Made by a program: the position numbers and the translations under genes. This document shows, piece after piece, positions 49,460 through 55,556 of a stretch of 55,556 nucleotides of DNA. Within the stretch, counting starts at the first letter, position 1. Each line of letters begins with the position of its first letter. This stretch comes from Guillardia theta CCMP2712. Taxonomy: Eukaryota; Protista; Cryptophyta. The stretch lies in assembly GCF_000315625.1 (NCBI RefSeq), contig NW_005434600.1:383521-439076 (forward strand), given 5' to 3'. The notes below the pieces were generated by a model, which saw only the letters and a program-made list of their open reading frames with translations, searched no databases and was not told the origin of the DNA.

Positions 49460-49852
49460 TCATAAAAAAAGACAAAAAAGAAAGGTGTACAGCCTGTGGG
49501 AGCTGTGAGCATGGAAGATGCCAGCGTTGTGACGATGTATCCACTGAAGAGACAAGATCAGGGGTTGAGAACAACGTGGCAAGATATGAAACGTATCTTT
49601 GCTTGAAAAGCGGCCGATGCGATAGGCGAGCGAGACGGCGCCGAGGGTTTGCACTTGGCGGTCGTCCGCAACTTGCACGGTAAACTGAGTATCACGCTGT
49701 AGCAGAGTCTCGGAGAGTCCCAGCTGCTGAAAAAGCTGCTGAGACATGATATTGATATGAACTCGGGAAGAGCTGATGCTGACGGGGAGCCGAATAAGAT
49801 CACGGCGGGTAAGGCGAGCTGAAGCGGCGCGGAGGCGTCCGGCCACCGTCAA
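49460..49852 (-). mobile_element. Ty3/gypsy-type retropepsin (aspartic protease) relic
   Basis: INIMSQQLFQQLGL...VQVADDRQVQTLGAVSLAYRIG...FHILP...LILSLQWIHRHN matches the gag-pol protease pattern; the catalytic D(S/T)G segment is missing. Confidence 0.65.
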
Positions 49853-50036
49853 CCGAAGTCAGCGCCGAAGCTGCCCGAGCTGCTCTCGAAGCCGCTGTGC
49901 CGCGCGAGCCACCGAAGCTCGCCATGCGCAGGCCCGCCGTGACCGTACCCGGACTCCGACACCGTTGGCAGGCTGGCGTAGACAGGAAGCCTGAACCAAG
50001 CCTTTTAAACTGCTCGGATGATCTGATCGGTGTACC

Positions 50037-50092
50037 GGTTTAGGGTTTAGGGTTTAGGGTTTAGGGTTTAGGGTTTAGGGTTTAGGGTTTAG
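50037..50092 (+). repeat. Internal telomeric repeat tract GG(TTTAGGG)7TTTAG
   Basis: Seven perfect TTTAGGG units at 50039-50087 plus a partial unit; the G-rich strand is the + strand. Confidence 0.97.
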
Positions 50093-53000
50093 AAATCCTC
50101 CCGCAAAGGAGGGATCGAGAAGCAACCCCTCGACGAAAGAAAAGGGTGGTCGAGATGGACAAGCTATCGGGAAGACTAGGCGTGGAATGGGCAATAGCAC
50201 TTGATGAGAAGATAAAAGCGGCACAAGCTCTACATCAAGATTGCGACATTCTCGAATTGATAACAACAGCCCTCCCCATCAAGGAAATTCCGCTACGAGG
50301 CTCCAGCGGGAAAAGACATGCATCCAAAATTCAAATGGATCTGAAGCGCAAAATCAAGCAACTTCACAAGGACTTAAGAAACGCTTCAGAAATTCCAGAC
50401 TTTATTGATCGCGCACACAAGGAGTCGAGCTTACATGCAGAAATAAGAGAGAATATGACCAAATTCAAGGAGATCTGCGCAGCACAAGACCAAGAGATAT
50501 TCCTGAAAAAATGCGAAGAACGAAGAAGACGCTTGGGCACGATAGGGAGTAAAGAGTCTCAAAATGCAATGGGCAAGAAATCAGACTTTAAGCCCAAAGC
50601 CCCAATGCTGAGTCAACTGCCAGAGAAGTGCCACCCAAACACAATCGAACTTACGTCATGGAGAGATCTCCAGCCAGCGCTGCAACAGCCGGAGACAGCA
50701 TATCTTCAAGAACTGAACCCGTTAATCGAGACATTCCTCCAGAGCAACTCCAAAGAATCAAGCAAAACCTTTTGGAATGCAAGACATCAAACCATGCTGC
50801 ACGTCGAGGTTCTCGGGGCGAGGAACCTGGCAACACTGACACAAAAGCTGTTCATAACTCTGGCGCCTGCACACGCAATCGTACCCATCATCCGAGGACT
50901 GATCACACAGCCAGGAGGGTGGCGCCTGGAAGGATACAAAAACATCGAGCAATTCCTCCCCATGAGATTGGCAAGAGATCTAGAAGATGAAACCCACACG
51001 GCAACCTTCTTTGCAGTCAACGGATGTACCATGAACGGAACCTGTGCAAGAGCTGAATGTCAAACAAAAGGACGACTGATTCCGTTATATGACAAAAGCC
51101 AGAAAAACGAAGAAGCATCAATCCTCTTCTTCTGCAAAAGCTGTCAATCACTGACTTCCGTCAAACCACCGGACTTCGAACCCCCAGAGCAAATCAATCA
51201 ACACCCGACCAGGGATGTAGAGATAGTTTACCCGCTGGAGCCAGGCGAGATCCAAGTATGGATTCAAAAACTGGCCAACCGGAAAGCAGCAGGCATGGAT
51301 TTGATTTCAAACGAGATTCTGAAAGCTCTGCCTGACAGTGCAAAGGAGGAAATAGGCAAGACAATCAGCCGAGCCTTGATCGGAGACAAGCAAACACTAA
51401 AGATGCTCGCGAGAGTTAGGCTCCTCCCAAAAAATGAGATATGTCACCTCTTGGAGAATCAAAGACCTATATGCGTCCTCTCCTCGATAACGAGGATCTT
51501 CCAGGCAGTCATAGCGCACAGACTGGCAAAAGCTGCTGAAAAACATAAGCTACTCACTAACAACCAGGAAGGTTTCAGACCAGAGGGGGGGACGATCAGG
51601 CAGGGTCATCGTCTACTCAACATCATCGAGGAGGCTCAGAGTAATCAACACGACCTCATCCTGCTGTACCTCGACTTTGCAAACTTCTTTAACAATGTGG
51701 CAGTCGAATCCATTGCAAAAATCATGGAAGTATATGGCTTTCACCAGTGTGATGTAGACGTCGCAATCAGTTGTAGCCAAGGGATAGCGCTGCAAATTCA
51801 GACAGAGAGGTTCGAAACAGCAGCCATCCCACTTCTCAGAGGATTACCCCAAGGCAGCCCCGCAAGTCCGCCAAAAACAAATCTTCTGCTCAGCATCTTG
51901 TCAAAACAGCTCGATCAACAACAAGACGAGATTGCAACTCAACACCCTAATAATCTGTCATTTGCAGACGACCTTGTCCTGATAGCACATTCAGTGAGAG
52001 AGATGAAAACGCTTGTCCAAGTGGTAGAGCGATTCTGTCGATGGAGTGGATTAGAACTGAACACGAAGAAATCTGAAATCACCAGCTTTGATTATCGGCT
52101 AAGAAGGGAGATCCCAGGAACACAGACCATCAAGTTCTTCGACAAGGAGTTTGTGAACCTACCACCGACAAAATGGTTCAAATATCTAGGGATCCGGATC
52201 AGCTTGTGGAGACCAGGAGGAAGAGGCAACAAGGCGCACACCTGCCCCTTCACGTGGGGAGAGAAAGAACACATCTTGGAGAAGACAAAAGAACTGACCA
52301 AGCTGATTGAATCATCTGCTTACTCGGCAGCCCAAAAATATTACCTGGTGAAGGTAGGCATCGTCAATATATTTAGATACTCGGCGGTACTGGTGAGCTG
52401 GTCTTGGTCAGACTTACAAACCTTAGATACCCTCTGGACCAGAGCATTCAAAAGAGCTATGGGATTGAGCAAGAGTACAAGCAACGCTATCTTTCACCTA
52501 CCTTGGGACAAAGGAGGCCTCCAACTCCCCCATCCAGCACCCATCTTGGGAAGGGCGGCGATTCGGTATCTAGAGAAAGAAACGAATAAGAAATGCAGGG
52601 TGGATGATGATATCAAAAGCAGTCTGATCCACAAACTAACATCATGGTGCAACCAATGGGGGTGTCAAACAATAAACCAGCTACAACGAGAAATCAGATC
52701 GGGCAGACTCAAAGAGAACGAAGCGATAAGAGGACCGGAGAGACTCGCAATCTGGATAGCGGAAAAAATGCAGACCACCATCAGTTGGGAAATGATTGAA
52801 AGCAAGATGAAACCGGGGACAATAGCCATCTTACATGACCTGGAGGACAAGATGCTCTCAGAAGCAAACTCCCTGCTGTCCGGAGAAAACTCCCTACCTA
52901 CACCTCCTGCTCGGCAAGGCTGGGAGAGTTTTGCAAAGGCATGGAGACTACTGCCCCAAGTAGGCTTCCACTCCATGACAAGTGTCTTACCCGTCCCAGA

Positions 53001-55556
53001 TACCGAGGGCATCTCCCTGCACCTGCCCATCCGACTCTGGCCATTCCCAAAGCAAAGGGAACAAGCAGAAGAAATCCTTGCACAATATCTGCAAGCGAAT
53101 GTCATCTGGGCAAAACTCGGACTTGAGCAGGCAGGAACAGGGAAGAGAAGAAGGCCAGCCAGGGAGGAGGGGAAGCCTCTAAACAAGAGAAGGAAAGGAA
53201 AAAGGGAGGCTAGCCCACATGAACTTCAGCCACACAAGAAACTAGCCAGACCGGACCAAGGGAGAGAGGAAACGAATACGAAGGCTTGTACCCGGGTAAT
53301 TTTGAGGCGGTGGCTCCAACATGACCCCACCTGTTATGATGAAGGAGGGAATCAGCAAGAAAGATTCTGTTACACTACAAGCAATATACCTTTCAAAGTT
53401 CAAGGGAACATAGCCATCTTTGAGCGATCTCAAATTGAAGAAAGCAAGACCGTGGATCCACCAATAGAATGGTTGGAAGCGTCACTGGACTCGGCTCCCT
53501 TCACATCTGCAACAAGGGAAGAGGACTGTAATAACCGAAGAGACTGCAATCAAAGCATCCATCTGCTGCTGGAAATAGTTAATGCATTGGACGACGGCGA
53601 AACAGAAGCTACAGCATGGTGGCAACAACTCGAGGAGGTAGTATCAGAGGTTCGCCAAGAAACAACACAACCATTGGCATACGAGTTTTTACAACATCTA
53701 GCAGAGATTACAGCATGCGACATCAGTACATTTCGTAACTGGCCTACCCTACACACACATCCCCAGGCTCTGGACAAGAAGAGAGCAAGGGAACTGCACA
53801 GAGTGGTGGTTTGGATGGACAAACAAAAGAGATTTCGTGAACAAATCCTGGATACAATACATGTCATTCTGATAGGATGGAAGAATAACATTGATGAGAT
53901 ACCAGAAGGTTTTGAAATTATCAGCCGGGTTCCGAAAGGCGCTCAAATAGCTTATGCAGCAAACTTCTGGCAATCAGGGAATAGGTGTTTGATGAAGACT
54001 GCAGAGGAGTTATGGATACTAGTTAGGCACACACTCCCAACATACTTACGAGTCCAGCTTCAGGACAACATCCTCCCAACGTATGAGGAGCTGTGTAACA
54101 GACGAAGGGATCAGATCCAGCCGTGCAGCGATCATCAAGGCGGAAGGCATTTCACAGCAGCTATTGAAGGAGACATCATGCAGGGCAGAAAAAACAGATC
54201 CATGCGAGTAGGATATGTTCTCCAACAAAAAGAGATGACGTCAGGAGGAGGGATGAAAATCAATGGGAAGTGCAGCATCATCCGAGCGAACACAATCGCA
54301 ATCGGTTTACTTCTGCAACATGTCCTTGAGGAAGGAATACAGATCAAAAGGGGAAATCAAGTCACAATAATGTACCAGTCCACACGTTTCCACCGCTTTA
54401 TGACAAATACGTTGCGAATGGATACCATGCGATACGAAGACGAACTGCTGGAGGACCTACATGATCGGTTACTCACTTGCATGAAGAAACTCGAAGGGAG
54501 GGGAATCAGGATCCGACTCCAACTAGCAAAAGAATCTCATAGAAACATTCAAGAGGCAAAGGAAATGGCCAAGCAAGGGAAACAAACCTTTGCCTCGGGA
54601 TGGGAGAAAGCAATCTACGATAGTCCAATGGAATTCATCATTGCAGGAGAAGAAAATCCTACATCAGGATTCGATCGCTTGAAGAAATGGGACTACATTA
54701 TCAGACAACAGACAATGGTGGCAAGGATTCGAGCGGGAGACCTCACCTTGACAGAGAAATTCATGCTCGAAATGCATGTGGGAAGAGATTTACTAGGGAG
54801 AGGGTTCAAACAATGCGAAGGGTCAGTTACGCGAACAGCTATCCAAGCGATCACCTTCTCAGCACCGACGAGGAAGAAGCTCTTTCAATGGGGGAAGACT
54901 AACTCACCATGTTGTCCTCACTGTCCAGACCGAGAAGAAACCTGGGGTCATGTTCAGCTAGCGTGCAAGCAGTTCCAAGATATGATTCAAAAAGCACACA
55001 ATGAAGTCATGAAGAAGATCAAGGTAAGACTGCAGCAGAGTTGGAGGAAACAAAGGGTACAGGTCAATTCATGGTGGGACACTCCAATACGCATCGTGAT
55101 GGAAGCGATGGGGACTTCAATGCACCGAGAAGGGCACTGGATACCTGACGGTTGCTGCTACTTTGCAAGCATCAAACGCATTGTCCTCATCGAATTTGCA
55201 AGGACATCGGAATATGACGGAGTCGAACAAACAAGCCTGGAATGCCTGAAGAAGAAATTTCAGGAAAAGGAAGAGAAATATGCCCCCCTACGAGCAGAAA
55301 TCACAGCTTTGCTACCTGACCATGAAGTTGAACAAGCAACATTCATAGCAGGAGTGAAAGGATCGATCATGGAAAGGGAATGGCATGAGAATTTCAGGGT
55401 GCTAAGGGTGGAAGACACGGAATGGGAAGGCATCAAGACAGCAGCAATCAAGCAACTGCTGGTGGTGCAACACATGCTATGGACGGCAAGAAGGGGAAGC
55501 GAGTCGACCTAGTCCGATGGAGGGCAGGCGCGGCTCATGGGCAAGCCACCTATGGA
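50092..55556 (+). mobile_element. Non-LTR retrotransposon with restriction-like endonuclease, 5'-truncated, inserted at telomeric repeat; 3' end beyond window
   Basis: Begins exactly at the end of the TTTAGGG tract; intronless and A-rich on the sense strand; encodes RT, RNase H-like, CCHC and RLE domains. Confidence 0.9.
50146..55512 (+). CDS. Retrotransposon polyprotein (RT / degenerate RNase H / CCHC / PD-(D/E)xK endonuclease)
   Basis: RT motifs KAAGMDLISNEILK, NQRPICVL, QEGFR, LDFANFFNNV, GLPQGSPASP, FADDLVL, KYLGI and GGLQLP; CPHC-x8-H-x4-C; AHN; RLE IPDG...LIEF...KEEKY. The frame is open from 50086. Confidence 0.95.
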   Translation: MVEMDKLSGRLGVEWAIALDEKIKAAQALHQDCDILELITTALPIKEIPLRGSSGKRHASKIQMDLKRKIKQLHKDLRNASEIPDFIDRAHKESSLHAEIRENMTKFKEICAAQDQEIFLKKCEERRRRLGTIGSKESQNAMGKKSDFKPKAPMLSQLPEKCHPNTIELTSWRDLQPALQQPETAYLQELNPLIETFLQSNSKESSKTFWNARHQTMLHVEVLGARNLATLTQKLFITLAPAHAIVPIIRGLITQPGGWRLEGYKNIEQFLPMRLARDLEDETHTATFFAVNGCTMNGTCARAECQTKGRLIPLYDKSQKNEEASILFFCKSCQSLTSVKPPDFEPPEQINQHPTRDVEIVYPLEPGEIQVWIQKLANRKAAGMDLISNEILKALPDSAKEEIGKTISRALIGDKQTLKMLARVRLLPKNEICHLLENQRPICVLSSITRIFQAVIAHRLAKAAEKHKLLTNNQEGFRPEGGTIRQGHRLLNIIEEAQSNQHDLILLYLDFANFFNNVAVESIAKIMEVYGFHQCDVDVAISCSQGIALQIQTERFETAAIPLLRGLPQGSPASPPKTNLLLSILSKQLDQQQDEIATQHPNNLSFADDLVLIAHSVREMKTLVQVVERFCRWSGLELNTKKSEITSFDYRLRREIPGTQTIKFFDKEFVNLPPTKWFKYLGIRISLWRPGGRGNKAHTCPFTWGEKEHILEKTKELTKLIESSAYSAAQKYYLVKVGIVNIFRYSAVLVSWSWSDLQTLDTLWTRAFKRAMGLSKSTSNAIFHLPWDKGGLQLPHPAPILGRAAIRYLEKETNKKCRVDDDIKSSLIHKLTSWCNQWGCQTINQLQREIRSGRLKENEAIRGPERLAIWIAEKMQTTISWEMIESKMKPGTIAILHDLEDKMLSEANSLLSGENSLPTPPARQGWESFAKAWRLLPQVGFHSMTSVLPVPDTEGISLHLPIRLWPFPKQREQAEEILAQYLQANVIWAKLGLEQAGTGKRRRPAREEGKPLNKRRKGKREASPHELQPHKKLARPDQGREETNTKACTRVILRRWLQHDPTCYDEGGNQQERFCYTTSNIPFKVQGNIAIFERSQIEESKTVDPPIEWLEASLDSAPFTSATREEDCNNRRDCNQSIHLLLEIVNALDDGETEATAWWQQLEEVVSEVRQETTQPLAYEFLQHLAEITACDISTFRNWPTLHTHPQALDKKRARELHRVVVWMDKQKRFREQILDTIHVILIGWKNNIDEIPEGFEIISRVPKGAQIAYAANFWQSGNRCLMKTAEELWILVRHTLPTYLRVQLQDNILPTYEELCNRRRDQIQPCSDHQGGRHFTAAIEGDIMQGRKNRSMRVGYVLQQKEMTSGGGMKINGKCSIIRANTIAIGLLLQHVLEEGIQIKRGNQVTIMYQSTRFHRFMTNTLRMDTMRYEDELLEDLHDRLLTCMKKLEGRGIRIRLQLAKESHRNIQEAKEMAKQGKQTFASGWEKAIYDSPMEFIIAGEENPTSGFDRLKKWDYIIRQQTMVARIRAGDLTLTEKFMLEMHVGRDLLGRGFKQCEGSVTRTAIQAITFSAPTRKKLFQWGKTNSPCCPHCPDREETWGHVQLACKQFQDMIQKAHNEVMKKIKVRLQQSWRKQRVQVNSWWDTPIRIVMEAMGTSMHREGHWIPDGCCYFASIKRIVLIEFARTSEYDGVEQTSLECLKKKFQEKEEKYAPLRAEITALLPDHEVEQATFIAGVKGSIMEREWHENFRVLRVEDTEWEGIKTAAIKQLLVVQHMLWTARRGSEST

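Noticed and set aside
50146-55512. Telomerase RT, Penelope/Athena or group II intron identity for the RT next to telomeric repeats
   Set aside because: The motif set (QxGFR, PQG, FADD, KYLG, GGL, CCHC, PD..E..K) is that of non-LTR RLE elements; no TERT T/CP motifs or GIY-YIG were seen.

Overview
Eukaryotic, gene-dense, intron-rich nuclear DNA with many ~40-50 nt GT-AG introns, microsatellite-expanded introns and two 100-N assembly gaps. Bipartite signal+transit peptides (ASAF-like), flagellar DRC5 and TTTAGGG repeats point to an alga with a complex red-derived plastid, most likely a cryptophyte such as Guillardia theta (inference). Bases 1-44.7 kb are mostly housekeeping genes: a C2 membrane protein, a tandem CAP_N protein, a GNAT, a PDZ protein, an AMT fragment, MMS19, fabZ, COQ4, ankyrin proteins, a Zn2Cys6 transcription factor, PEX14, Aurora kinase and TCTE1/DRC5. 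This part also holds two identical tRNA-Ile(GAU) genes inside a duplicated 366-bp block. The last ~10 kb looks like a chromosome end: an intronless U-box / dead tyrosine-kinase-like / ARM gene, a Ty3/gypsy protease relic and a short (TTTAGGG)7 tract. Fused directly to that tract is a 5'-truncated but uninterrupted non-LTR retrotransposon ORF (RT, catalytically degenerate RNase H, CCHC knuckle, restriction-like endonuclease). It is the best candidate for an undescribed system here: a telomere-repeat-targeting RLE LINE. All gene models were spliced by eye, so boundaries are approximate.
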